DNA from: Saccostrea cucullata
Taxonomy: Eukaryota
NCBI RefSeq assembly: GCF_032062105.1
Contig: NW_026935559.1
Location: 558,001 to 622,000 of the forward strand
DNA: 64,000 nucleotides
Direction: 5' to 3'
Position 1 is the stretch's first letter, and each line of letters starts with the position of its first letter. A program made the position numbers and the translations under genes. Under the pieces are notes generated by a model. It was not told the DNA's origin. It made no database searches and saw only the letters and a program-made list of their open reading frames with translations. Of this stretch, positions 12,963 to 26,643 are shown in pieces.

Positions 12963-14378
12963 AAATTGTTAGTACATTATATGGATGTTTCATTAACAAT
13001 GCAAATAGAAAAGGTAATAAAGGTGGATGCTATTCTCTTGTTTAATAAACGTCATCCAGTTCCTTTTTTGATGAATGAGAAAATACATTTGATGATAAAC
13101 AAGATATATATATAATTGCAAACTGTACGATAGAATCGCCTTCCTAACAGTTTTGTGAATTGAAACTGTCATTCGTCTTTTGGCAAAATTCTCTCAATAA
13201 GCCTTGGGCTCTTTTTGACAATTTTCTTTTTCTCTAACAGCAAATACCTAGTATAAAATGAGTACTTATAGTTTAAATTTCGTGTAAGTGATATTTAAAC
13301 ATCTAAAGGTTTTCTAAAGAAAAGAATAAGTCATGGAAAATGTCTTTGTCGGACAAACATTGAATATTCTTTATGCCTGAAATATGATGCGTTAATATTT
13401 GTATGGAATCAAATATTGGTCGAAGAAAAAAATAGTTAATTATTGACATACATCTGTTGTCTCCCTTGAATATATGAAGGTATATATTGTGTTGTATGTG
13501 TCATTTAGGAAATGTAAGAATTTTCCTTGAATGAAGTAATATTTAGTGCAAAAACATTTAAACTATACATTCTGATCTTCTTCAATGCTTAAAGTTTAAA
13601 ATTATCTACAGGAAATAAATCTAAAAACCCAGCTTTCGATTTCAGGTCATTACCTGTTTCGTAGCATTCACACACTTGTTGCTCAGGGTTTATTGATCTA
13701 ACTATTTATAGTCGTACGTGTTTTCACGTTACTAATTTCTTTAAAATTTTCAAGTACCGGGTTATTCATGGAAGTTAATGTGCTTTTCCTAAAGGATTGG
13801 TAAGACATTAAATATTTTACTACAAACAACATATATATACATATACAAACATGTATACATGTAAACAGATATATTTTCGGCTCTTTTTTTGTTTACTTTC
13901 TCTTTCATTGATACTAGAAACTGCTACTTTTGATTTTGATACAACAGGTTATACAATGGACATTACAAATATTTCAGTCATATCAATAAAGACAATGGAA
14001 AATGCAATCTAGTTCCTTTATATTTCAATGTATGTCAGTGGAATATTTATGAATTACTGTACTTTATTTTTAACTGGAAATTTCCATGACCTAGAGATCT
14101 ACTTAGTTTGCGCTTTAAATATTAAGTGTCCCTTCCAGCAAAATGTAAATATGTGCATTTGTAATTGTGTTTATTTTTCATGAAAAATCAAATTGGACTA
14201 GGTTTTATATCTCTCAAAAGAAAATAGTTTTTGGTAGTTATTGAGAATAGTTTTAGTTTTTGAAAGTTGATTCTTTATATTTGGAAAATTTGAGATAATT
14301 CGTATTTTTGAATATTTTCCTTGGTTTAAAGAGTGATTTCTTTTCTTGTAGAAAAGGGATTTAAAAAAAAAATAAAGA

Positions 14379-17300
14379 ATGGAATATATATACTTTGTTC
14401 AAGTCGACATAGATGACAAGTCAACATCAGTTGGTTCTCTGCGTTGTTCGGAGTATAAAGATCAACTTCGACCAGGATCCCCATCGTGTGTTCCAAAAGT
14501 ATCAATCAATGATATGGAAGACACCAGACCCATTTTGTATGCATGTTGGAATTCAGGGGCAATAAAATCTTTCTTCTGTCAAATTGAATCAAGGAAAAGG
14601 GAGGCGAAAATTTCTTCTTTGTATTTTCTCAATTTGAGGGTACATTATTTTGCCATCGATTGGAATAATCAGGTATGTAGCATCATTGTGGAAGCTAAAA
14701 ACTTTGCAATAGGCCAAATTCTACTAAATTTGAATTTTCAAAGTGTTCATAATTCTAACGTACTTCCAAAGATAATGTTTCCAAATACTGGACAGCAGTT
14801 AAAGGTAAACAAATTGACAAGCAGAGAGAATAAAATCAAAATTAGACCTCCTTATATTTCTAGGGTTTGTTGGAGATCGCTAGATTTTCTTATAGCCTCA
14901 TCTTGTTTCTCTCTGCACAAACAATTTAGTGTTTTCTTCAATATAGAAGCTTTCCAAAAGGTGCATTTCTTATGTGAACTCCAATGGTCTATATTTTGTG
15001 AAACAAGCTCACCTTTATTCGTTTCAGTGGATTACATAGCAATAAAGGGTTGTATCATTGCAAAACGTATCTTTGAAGTCAATGCATCAACATTTCAAAT
15101 AGAAATGACATCTTTGCTTTTTTCACCGTGCAGCATGCTTCTTAGATTCACTTCACGTTTCAACAGAGCTCGGGATATGCATACAGCTTACCTTTTAAAA
15201 CAACTTTTAAAAGTCTTTGACCATAAACATATCGAAATTGATGAAAATTTGCAAACAAAAGAAAACAAACGAAACAAAGGTAACCCTTATTCAAGCGTCG
15301 ATCCGACGGAAATGTATTGTCTAAGGAAAAACGAACATTTTGAAAACTCTCTGATGACAAAAATCCACGAGTTCTTTCACAACAAATCTGAATCTGATTT
15401 TACTGAGAATTTGGATACTGTTGGTGAAAGAAAGCAAAAAGAATGGCTTTCTTATAATTTCAATAATTTTTTGGAAATTTCAATGTTCCCTGTTTTCCGT
15501 AGAAATGATCTCGAATACTCGTTTCAACAAATTTTGAATGGTACACCCTATCTATCGAGTGAGGTTATGAGATTTGAACATCATCGTTTGAGTTCATTTG
15601 CAAATTATACCAGCAGTGATATACCAAGCGTACTGCTGATGGCTAAGGCCGGGTGGTATGCTACAGGAAATGGAATGGAAACAAAAACATTCTGTTGTAT
15701 GATAACTCATACTGCTTGGAGAAAAGAAGACGATCCATTTCATGTGCACAAAGATCTTTATTACGAATGTGCATTTATTCTGGGTTCAAATTTGGATCAT
15801 GTATCAATTCAGAGAGAAAATCCTGATTGTCAACGACGTAATTCCGATACCAACAATTCAAATCTTTCTGAAATTTCGACGAGGATGCAAAACATGGAAA
15901 TTGTTTCATCTAAGCCAAAAGAAGATGAACGAGTAGAGGAGGAACATTTAGTAAATGAATTTAAAATTGACAGGCCTTCAAAGTTATCCTCGAAATTAAC
16001 TCGAAACACATCCACAGCCTGGAGTATTGACTGTCCTTCTCGATCATTATCAGCAAACAGAGGAGTAGACAACTTTTCTCGAAACTTACCCGTTTGTGAT
16101 ATAAACCGCAAGACAGAAGAATCTGCATTAAATGAAGTCAGATCATTTGAAAACGATAAAAGTAATAGAAAAATAGAATTTACAGATAGCGGAGACGGTT
16201 CCAAACACGTTTTACACGAGCCGGTACTACCACCCTTAGATTTCGCGAAACCAAAACATATCGAATATTCCACGGTGGGGATAAGAATGTCCTCTTTCAG
16301 TGGTTTTCCCATTACTAGTAGAAAGACAGCAAAAGAGTTTGCAGTGGGCGGATTCTACTACAGAGGATTTGGTGATAGAACCACTTGTTTTCAGTGTGGA
16401 ATTAGTTTGCAAGGATGGAGTGTAGATGATGATATATTTGTAGAACATGTCCGTTACAATCCATTATGTCAATACATGAGGCGATTGAAGGGTGATGATT
16501 TCATAAAACTAGTTATGACAGCAACTGAAAACCCCCAGGTAACTATAAATGAACACAAAATAATGTTTCAAAAGTCTTTGACCTATTTCTATTATATTTG
16601 GTGTGATAGTTTATAAACAACTTTAAGAACTGCTAGGCAATATTTTTCTCTATAGACACCACCTTCTCTTTCAAGTTTGAGGGGCGATAAAACATGTAAG
16701 TTTTGATTTTTTTTCCATAGAAATTATTACAATGTGTAGATAAATCTTGTTCATGAATACAGTTGTGGTATAAATTCTCTTCCGTAGCACCTCAGAATTC
16801 TTCTGCAAAAGATATAGCCAGAAAACTTAAAGAAATGGGATTTTCCAAAAATGCAATATCTGCAGCTTTAAACATAGTTGCAACAAAAAATGGTATGTTT
16901 GGTCTGCCTTTGACAATTCAGATTCTTGTTACTATTTAGAACTGTTTTGTCACCAATCATCTGAATAACGTATCAATTTGTTTATGCTGTAAAGGCAATA
17001 GAACACTTTAGTCGGCAATTTACAGGAAATGTGGAAGAAATAAATAAATATTAATATTATTGCTCATGTTGATTTTTCAGTTAGTTTTACTATCCAGGAC
17101 GTTCTGGATGTCGTTGTTGAAAATACAGACATCGAACATAGAAATTCAGTGAACACATCAATTACATCAACAGAGCAAGAAGAAAATGAAGAACATTGTA
17201 ATTCACGAGATAATCTTTCAAATGCTTGTTTTTCTGAAAGTACATCGACTAGTTTTTCAACAAACTTAACAAGTGCCTCAAAGAGCGATTTGGAATTTAA

Positions 17301-17463
17301 AGATAAATTCTTATGTAAAATTTGTATGGATGAGAGAGTGGGGGCAGTTTTTACACCATGTGGTCACATTGTCACGTGCTGGGGATGTTCAAAATCTTTG
17401 GGAAAATGTCCCATTTGCCGTGAAAATATAAGGGATAAGATTAGGACCGTTATTAATGATTAG
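14379..17463 (+). CDS. IAP/BIRC gene 2, ~895 aa (exons 14379-16538, 16656-16695, 16788-16892, 17081-17463): ~390-aa orphan N-terminus, BIR1 (Cys->Thr), BIR2, UBA, RING
   Basis: RLSSF..AGWYATG..TFCC-x16-H-x6-C; RMSSF..GGFYYRG..CFQC-x16-H-x6-C; UBA motif LKEMGFSKNAISAAL; RING CKIC..PCGH..CWGC..CPICR. All GT-AG junctions are phase-consistent (0,1,1); there is an acceptor at 14351 before the ATG. Confidence 0.9.
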
Positions 17464-18439
17464 AATGATTGATTGAGTTACGACATTAAAACAGATTGAT
17501 AACTTTTATCAGTAATACATGTACTACTTATATCGAATTTGAAAAAAAAAAATCATTTGTGGTTCACAAACTTTATATTAGTTTTTTGAATCACCAGAGA
17601 CGGAATTTTCATATTCAATATTCACATTTTAGTAAATTCTGAGTGAATTAGATTTTTTTTTGGTTTATTTTCTGTGTTTTGTTAATTTATGCAATAGAAT
17701 TTATTTAAAGTTAAATAGAGAGGGTCTGACTCAATATTTGTTAATATTTATTTCAAATTTTATTATATACATACCAAACTGTCAGATTATATTTCTCAAA
17801 TCATGCTGTATAAAGCATAATTGTGAAGTTATAGTATTTGCAACAATTTACCATGGAGTATTTTTCATTCGAAATAAATTGTCATTTAATTGTAATTTGC
17901 CATATTTAACTGTCTTACATTCATATAACAGGAAAATAAAATTCAAAAGTTTATGAAGGGGAGAAGAATATGTGATAATTATAATTGAAAGGATTTTGTT
18001 TTAATTGGTGAATGAAGAAAGGTTTTTGTCTGAAAAATATAAAAGTTAATGATGGGATATCAAAGTTAAAAATGAGACTTCTCTGAGGCGTATTTAATGA
18101 ACAAACAATGCTTTCCAAACAGAGGAAGTTTAATGCCTTGTGACGTAAAATGGAAAGAACCGCGCATGTACCTTTGAATATCTTGGCTTTTGCACTCTCA
18201 TGCATATGAAAATCATGATGTTGCTCTTTCCATTTTCAAGAAACGATTTCGAGATGTACAGTGTTATTAAAAATGCCTGGATCATATATCATATCTACAT
18301 CTAGAAGATTATAATACCGAGTCTCCGCAGATTATAGGATAAGGGAGATATACAAAAAGATCAGTTAACATTGTACTAGAAAGAAATTTACTCCTTCGAA
18401 GTAGAATGAAAGAAACTACAGAGATTCATGATTCCTATC

Positions 18440-20385
18440 GACCTGAGTCTTACTGAAAGAAATGTTACCGATGAATTAGTTGAATCAATTGGGTCAAGAA
18501 GCCAAGGACAGTAAAAACAACAGACATCTCTTAAATCGGAAAAAGACAGATACTGCAAAAAAAAAAACGACGAAAATAGGCACGATATATTTATTTTACA
18601 ATACCACGTTATATCGTTGTCAAGGTACAACTCAATTTAAAAACATTTACAGTTTTAAATATACCTAGGCCTACAAAAAACTGCATAAAATTCAATCATA
18701 TACCTCCTTATTGGAATGATTCTTATAACCTTAATTCAATATTATGGCTGAAAAATCACAGTCATCGAAGACTACAGTAAATATTGTTATCAAAGGTATG
18801 ATGGATCATTACTGGATGAACAAAGGAAAGTTTTGAGACATCGAGAGATCGTTTACACTGAAATTTCATTTAGTTGAAATGCTGATTGCAAGTGGAAATA
18901 ACCTTACAATATCATTTTGTCTTTATTTCTAAATGTCTGTTTCTGCTGTCACCAATAAACAAAGAAAAAACTGGAAACACTTGAAGTTTAGTCCTAGCTC
19001 TCATCTGATCAGGAGAAGACCTTTTACCACCACAGTAAAATGCTGCGTCATCAAAATCGAAATAAAAATTATATCAAACTGAATGGATGACACTTAAGAC
19101 GATCAATGATGCTATAAACTATTGTTGACTAAAAGGAACGGTAATATGAAGCTATCATAGGAAAAAAATTCTGCAGATTGAGTTACAAGATCGAGATATC
19201 AGATAAAGAATAATGACGCTAAAACAAAATTATTTTTAACGTTTTAAGATATACCAAGCCTCTTTACTAATGGCTGGAACATATAATCTGCTGTAAAGGT
19301 AATATTTACCTAAATAGCGTCAAAACTGAAGTTGGATAGAAAATGCCAATTGGGGAAAATAAAAAGTCATTCAAATGAATCAACGAATCTGCACCTTTGA
19401 CTTTGAAATTTTGAGAGTAAAGCATCGCGTATCAAATTTATTATCATCCATATCAAAAGTATTTTTAACCCCAACACCAGCATATCTGTAAAAAGTCATT
19501 TCTAGAATTGATTCGAGGAAAATCTCTGAGTCTTACTTAAAGATGGTGCCGAAGAATTAGTTCCTCGCAATTGGATCAAGAAGCCCAAGACAGTGAGAAC
19601 AACGACATCCCTTAAATTAAATAAAAGACAAACACTGCATAAAAGCCGAGGAATAAATTGCAACGGTATCTATTAGATACAATACCACGTTACATCGATG
19701 TTAGGTACAGCTTAATTTAAAACATTAAAGTTTATTATATTTAACAAGAATTGCATAAATTTTAATCATATACCTGTTTATTGGAGTGACTATTTTAACC
19801 TTAATTCAGTATTATGGCTAAAAAATCACACTCATCGAAGACTACAGTAGATACTTTTATCAAAGGTATGATGGATCATTAATGGATGAACAAAGGAAAT
19901 TTGTAAGGCACCAGGAGGTCTGAAGTTGAAATTTCATTTATTGTTGATTGCAAGTGGAAATAACCTTACCACATCATTTTGTCTTTATTTCTAAATGTCT
20001 GTTTCAGCAGTCACCATTTGACGAGAAAACAATTAGAAACAATGAAAGTTTAGAACTAGCTCTGATCAGATTGTGATAAGACCTTAAACAACCACTATAA
20101 TATGGTCTCTTTGATGCGTCAGCAAAATCAAAACAAAATATATAACAATCTGAATGGATGCCACTTGAGGGGACCAATCAAGGTTTATCATTTAGGAAAG
20201 GAAATTGTAGAAACCTAGAAAACATTTCTGCAGATTGAATTATATGGAAAATACATGTCATTAGACTCTTTTGGCAAAGTAATACTAGGAATGACGTTAA
20301 AACATTATTATAATCCATATCAATTTTTATATCAACATTATCATGCCTGTAAAAAATCCATTCTGGTTTTGATTCGAGGGAATTC
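18440..20385. repeat. Diverged head-to-tail duplication (~1.08 kb copy plus ~0.86 kb copy with an internal deletion)
   Basis: Shared blocks about 1080 bp apart, e.g. CTGAGTCTTACT (~18444/~19527) and CAAAGGTATGATGGATCATTA (18791/19861). Confidence 0.85.
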
Positions 20386-21745
20386 TTGTGTGTATTTTTT
20401 TAACACTATCTGTAAATCTACATTGTTATTACAGTGTATATGTACATCATCAATCCGATTGTTTTTCATAGTTTTATCCTTGAAATAAAATTATCTATCT
20501 ATTTTCAGCTTCCCTTTGAACTGGATCTCTTTATTTCGGAGATTTTATAATCTTAATTCTTTGTCTTCATAATTTTTTTTTAAAAACAAATATAATTGCT
20601 TACTACAGTATTTAAGTCTCTTTTTAGACAAAAAAGAAATGAATGATATCGTTCATTATTAAATGTATTTTATAAAACTGGAAATTGTATATAGTCTTTG
20701 GGGAAAAAATTATTTTAAATGGCCGAAGCTCCATTTGCACAGTATACATTGCAACATGAAACATATGAAGATAACGAACAGTATTCAAGATTAAAATAAT
20801 CATGGGAGCAGAGTAAAACGGACCTCCAAAACATCAGAGATCAAGTACTATGGAGGAGTGAGTATTCCCTGCCGACCTATCACGCCCGCCGTGAGCTCCT
20901 TGTCATTTTCGGGTAACAACGAAAAAACCCGTCGACAATTCAGTGTGTACATGGACTGACAATTAGTATGAAAAACGTCAGTCAGCTTTTGACTCAAAGA
21001 TAAATTCTATTTGCTAAAGAACATACGAAATGATGACTTTAGACTGTTGGTATTCTTGTTTCATCTACTTGTTTGTCAATAATTTACCTCTTTTTCGAAA
21101 TTGTTCATACGTAGTACATGCTCTTGTACATGGAATCAATTGAGATATATAGAAACTCCATGTTCAGGTGATGAAGGTAGATCGCTGTATAAGTAAGGGA
21201 AGTTGACGATTGTGAAGTTTGTCATCACGTTTATCATAAAGCTTGGTTGAAAGATTACCATAAACGTCTTTTTAAGTAAAATACCAATATGTGAAACAGA
21301 TGATTTAGACTTTGTAGTAACTTTTATATCACGCTTATCAGGATATATCGTGCATAAGATAGGAAATTATCACTGTTAATTGACAATACGTTGTCGATAT
21401 ATCTTAACGTCGAGTTGAAGGCCAAAGCAAGTGTTTTCTTCTTTTTACGTATAAAATTTTAGGCAAAGTCTGCTTCAAATGATTACATAAAAAGGTCCGC
21501 TAATAACGGGGCACAACTGGTACTCATGGGAATTCCAATAGATTGTTTGAAGACCTAGTCTCCAAAATCAACATATATTGTCAATCAGAAACTCAAGTAT
21601 GATTTTGATGTCAACTTGAGAGTACTTTTGTGTACAATCAGAATGTTTTCAACAAAATAATTTTGAAAAGGACCAATGACCTGATAAGTAAATAAACGGT
21701 TTCATTATATTTATTGAAAAAGCATCTGTCAATGATATAAAAAAG

Positions 21746-22274
21746 CCAACAGGCATGCTTATGAAGCTATCTTAGGACTAAGACATATCTTAAGACGGTC
21801 TTACGACATATCTTAGTCTTAAATGAGGCCATCGAAGCTGTCCTATCTTAGGAGACCTCCTAATTTTAGTCCTAACTTTCAGACGACTGCGGACATGTCT
21901 TAAGTCTTATCTTAGGTGATTTTAAGAAGCGTTGGTGTCAGGAAAACAAGTCGAATAATGTTTTGTGTAAATAAATCAAATATTTGTTGTAAATTAAAGA
22001 TTTCTGTAATGAACTAAATAAATTTATGAGCATTGTACGTGTGAATGTATGAATATGCCTGTGCACATAACAATGGAGAGAATAGTTAATAAAAATGCAC
22101 TGAAGAATTGACATGTATGCATTTAAAGGTTAAATCATTGAAAAAAGATTTCTTCAAGCCCTTTCAAAATAGATAAAAATATACAATCAATTGTTTTTTT
22201 TTTATTGGGGCAAAACGGAGAGGTATTTTTTTTATTTAAAGAAAGTGTATACATGTTGACTGCTTCTTCCTTTT

Positions 22275-22325
<51 letters not shown>

Positions 22326-23182
22326 AACTGGGAGAAGAACGACCAAATAAATGTTATGCCTTATATCTTTTCTCAATTACTTACCCAATTATACAAATAA
22401 TTATGAAATTAAAAAAGTAATTTTATTTTGTCATGTAGCTCCGCTTTTTTTATTCTGCTAAATGTACACTAGATTGTACACAAGTAGCTATGTTATATAA
22501 CATTTGTTACACAAAACTGGGATAAAATGGACTAAACTGCTAAAGATATATGTAATCATACAATAGAAATCGATGAAAATAATAGATTAAAATGATTTTT
22601 TTAAAAATCATACTTTAAAAATTAGTCTTGAATCCAAGCATGTTTTTAAAAAAGGAGTAGGGACACACCCACTAAAGAAATACTGACTAAGAAATGTTTT
22701 AATAAGTAAGGAAAATTAAAATAAAAACATTAATCGTCTCCAAACCTGAAAACTCTTTTGGGGGTGGGGTGCATTTATAACTATACAAAACATGTATTCG
22801 CATATGGCTTTAGATGTTAGATTTGCTCGCATACTCGATAGTCGCTACCATAAGCATAGGAGTATGTGAGCGGATCAAAATTTCATTCGAGTGTTTTAAG
22901 TAAATTCTTTAAAGAACAAAAGGGAGCTTACCTCCCCCCCTACATCTACATATGATGGTAACTTGAAAAAGGGACTTCTTTTAGTGCTTCATTTACAAAA
23001 ACGCAAAAGAAGAAAATGCCTAAGATTGAATTTACGACATCTTAACTTAGGACAATCCTAAGATGCCTTCGTTCTACAAACCAAGACGTATCCGAAAATG
23101 CGCCTAAGATATGTCCTAAGAAATATTCTAAGACACATCTTCAGACACATCTTATAAAATTTTCATAAGCATGCCTGCTGGG
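21746..23182. mobile_element. Non-autonomous TIR DNA transposon (EnSpm/CACTA-like termini) nested in the Penelope-like element
   Basis: TIRs CCAACAGGCATGCTTATGAA / TTCATAAGCATGCCTGCTGG; subterminal CTTA(A/G)GAC / CTAAGA repeats at both ends; target-site duplication not clear. Confidence 0.75.
22277..22323. repeat. (AG)n microsatellite
   Basis: Direct reading. Confidence 0.98.
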
Positions 23183-23789
23183 CTTTAATTTATCGCGGGA
23201 AAGTAGTAAGTTTGAAGCTGTTGATTTTAGTGAAATCTTGTGATTTCAAATTGTCGAAAAGTTCCTTAAACTTTTTAAGTATCCACATCTGATACATGTA
23301 TATACACCACTTCTCGAAAATATTGATGCACAGTACTCTTTAAGTTTCTCCTTAACTACTTTTAATATCTTAGTGAGGAGTAAGAAAAAGGCTTGGTTGA
23401 ACATTTCTTGGAACCTGCTGTTTATCTTTGTTTGTAAGGATTTTTATGAAGTTTTGGATTCCAATATATATATATGGTACATCTACTCCAGTATAAACTA
23501 GAAAAAACAACTTTTGATATTCATTGGAATAATTTTCTTAAAACCTTTATTTTGCTAAGAATGAACTAAATCTTGACGTACTTTTTTCTTTGTTTAAAAT
23601 ACATTGGCCTTTCAGATAGGAGGGCCTGAAGATAAACCATTTTTGTCGTAATTTGTCAATTTTATTATAAAGAGGCGAAGATAAAAAAAAGTTACTTTAC
23701 TACAAAAATTTTAAAAAATCATTTTTAAAAAATTTTAAACAAAATTAATTTTTAATTTTCATTTTTTTTATCTTAACAAATCTTAAAAA

Positions 23790-24360
23790 GGCATAAAATA
23801 AGAACATTTGAAAATTCGATAGATGGTATCAGATGCTTAGGTTGGGGTAAGTATTCTCTGTTAACTGGTAACGTCCACCTTGAACCCTAACAAAGTTGAA
23901 GGAACATTCTGTAGTAAAACTCGGTACTAGTATTTAAACAAAGGCCTTACAATTGATATGAACCAAGTCATCCAGAATACATTGATAACAGAGAAATAAT
24001 AATGACCGTAGATTTTACGAAATACCCGCTTTTAAAGGGGTTTGTAGAATCCTTGTAACATCATCTTATCTTTCAGTAGCCTACCTCAGTTTTTACAGTT
24101 GTACTCGGAGCATTGTGATGAGCATCAGATAAGTCGTGAGATTTTAACATCATAAGCAGGGTATACCAGGATTTTACCACTTAAATAAGGAAAAGTCGAA
24201 CTCATCTCGGTGCCATACAAATAAGTTGTAAAATGGCCCTTATCCAGTAAATATCGAAATATGAAATAGATCTGGCAAACTCGGTGTCTTATTTATTTCA
24301 GATTCACTACAGGATAAATAACATGGACATAGAATGAAAGTAGCAATTGTTGATTGATTC
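23790..24360 (-). mobile_element. Highly diverged Penelope-like RT 3' fragment (different subfamily)
   Basis: Tail-like GATGGTATCAGATGCTTAGG..GGGGTAAGTATTCTCTG and RT-like TCGTGAGATT..CATAAGCAGG and ATAAGTTGTAAAA blocks. Confidence 0.55.
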
Positions 24361-26643
24361 TACAATGTATATACAATGTATATATTCAAAAGAAAGGAGA
24401 ATTTCAAATTTTTAATTGAAGAAGTAGTTGTCTATGACATCAACAAATCCCGGTTTTAAACTCATCATGATTAATGTTGATAAAATGTAGAAAAGTAAAA
24501 CATATTGGAGTAACTGACTTTTGCAAAATTTAATGCATCAAAATCACATTACATTGATAATGCCCATGAATATGTTACGATATACCATGTATAATATTAA
24601 ATTTACTTTCTTGAGGAGGGGGGGGGGATAAGAAAAGTTGCATAACATATATTTATTAAGTAATGTCATGTCCTAAATTTTGAACTTATAGGGTAGAAGA
24701 AAAAAAATCAGAACATGTCAAAATCAGTAACATTCATAAAGAAGCGTCGTCGTGTACTGTATTTTCAAGGTTTTTCATTGATGATCCCCTGAGGTAAGAT
24801 TGTGATCACATACTAGTATGACATTTAAAATTATACATAAGAATACTCATATGTAGGAAACATTTCTAAAGTCTTTTTTATTTTCTTTCAGGCAGTATAT
24901 TGGATTAATTTATAAAATAGGAAATTTATTTTATTTTGTTTTAATTTTTGTCCATCAATAAATCTACGGTCTATCCAAATTTTCATTCCACTGTGATATG
25001 TGTATCATTTAGTTTTGAATCTGGAAATCAAGAGAATAAGGAAATAAAATTTATGTAAAAAATTAAATATTTCCTCGGTGTCAATGCATGGTTAAATGCT
25101 TCATACCTCGTGAAAAAAGGAAACTAAAATTTAGATATGAAAAAAATTCTCCCCAAAACAGCACTCAACACTCTTACATTGTCTACAGAGCCTTGAGGCG
25201 ACGAAAATGTTGTGAAAAAAGAAAAGAAAAATAAAATAGTTCGAAAAACATCATAAATTTTATCTAAAAATAGATTTAAAGTTATCTTGAATTGGATCAT
25301 GTTTTATTTAAATGGCTTGGTTTAAAAAGGTGTTTTCCATGCCTTATTTTCTGCGCTGATATATATCTGGTTTATTTTTGTCCAACTACGCCATTATCTT
25401 ATATCTAACTTGTTTGTCATTCCTTTTATAAGAAGTACTCAGCTTTTTTCTACAAAAATTAGTTTAAAAAGGTTAGAGAAATTAAAGATGAAATGATTTA
25501 TAAATTCTTTACTTATATTAGGAAGAGTCGCTTACTTCGAATGTTTTACTTTTATTGGAAATGTTTCCGTATTTAAATGTATCTTTTAAATGCGCAGAAA
25601 TAGACAGACCTAGTGCGCATTATGATATATTTATACATTATTTCATTTCTAGAATTTTAAAACAAGAACGCAAAAAACAACAAAAATGCGCAAAAAGTTT
25701 TAAAAACACGTATGCAGAAAGCTCGAGAATGATATATTCATACATTATTTCATCGCTAATTATTCAAAACAATATAAAAATATGAAATAAGGTAACTTCA
25801 GATGATTTAAATCCATTACTTTTGGGAGGTAATTCATTCAAGGGTTATCGTTATTTGCCGACACACCAGGAAGAAGCAATGGAGCAGGTACTCTTTCAAA
25901 ACATTTGCAAAAATTGTTTATTGTGGAAATGCATTTTATATGATTATATATATATATAATTATGGAACTAACTACATTGAACGTTTCTGAAAAAAAAAAT
26001 GAATTAAACATCAAATCTGTAGGGTTTTTAAAAAAAAAATGATTTTTCAACTTTCGTTTTGATAGATTAGCTTATACAGATTAAAGATTTTGATGAAATC
26101 AAATGTAATTTGATACATTTGGTTATATAGCATTGACTATTAGTAACATTTTCATTTGGATTACCTTTTAAAGTTTATTTATATATATTCCAACAGAATA
26201 TCTTTTTAAACATATATTTATATACACGCAAAAACATTGAGGAAAGTTTATATTATAAGGCTAAATATAACCTTTTCCGGGTCAATATTGATACTTGGGT
26301 TGTGTCGCGAGAATAACTATGTCAGCTTGCAAGGCTGGTATGAATATACAGGCTTGATACGAATAGTTTGGCGTCATGATAGTATATCGAAAATACTTAA
26401 TTATTATTAAATATATTTAAGAAAATTAAATGCATTTAAGATATCATATTTTCATTGTGTTACATTAAAAGTTTACATTTCAATTTAACTTATCTATCAC
26501 AAGCACCACTCTATTCAATAAAACTTTTTTTCAGGCGTATATGTGTACATATCTCTAAATTACTGAGACTGTTTTCCTATCTTCATACCAAATCCAATGA
26601 TGATTATTTAGTGACTTCCACATCAGACAATACTTACGGAATA

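Larger units (their letters stand above)
20762..23440 (-). mobile_element. Penelope-like RT remnant split by a DNA-transposon insertion
   Basis: Minus strand: GIPMSTSCAP (~21508-21537), RYIDNVL (~21383-21403), YDKRDD, 3' tail at 20762-20900; RT resumes at 23183-23440. Confidence 0.85.

Noticed and set aside
11395-13115. Short ORFs containing MAPDPT (11395-11724, 12843-13115)
   Set aside because: Spurious frames through the Penelope-like 3' tail.
14075-14086. NF-kB-like palindrome TGGAAATTTCCA near IAP2
   Set aside because: A single imperfect short match in AT-rich DNA with unknown TSS; not supportable.
15830-16312. 160-aa antisense ORF inside IAP2 (and antisense ORFs over genes A and B)
   Set aside because: Shadow frames of real coding exons with no motifs of their own.
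16539-16616. End of the 745-aa ORF as the true C-terminus (likewise 730-791, 28178-28191, 29662-29766 and 30738-30764)
   Set aside because: These are read-through into introns; strong donors and in-phase downstream exons complete the domains.
26455-26534. TTG start of the 578-aa ORF
   Set aside because: A non-ATG start in T-rich sequence upstream of a good splice acceptor; probably intronic.
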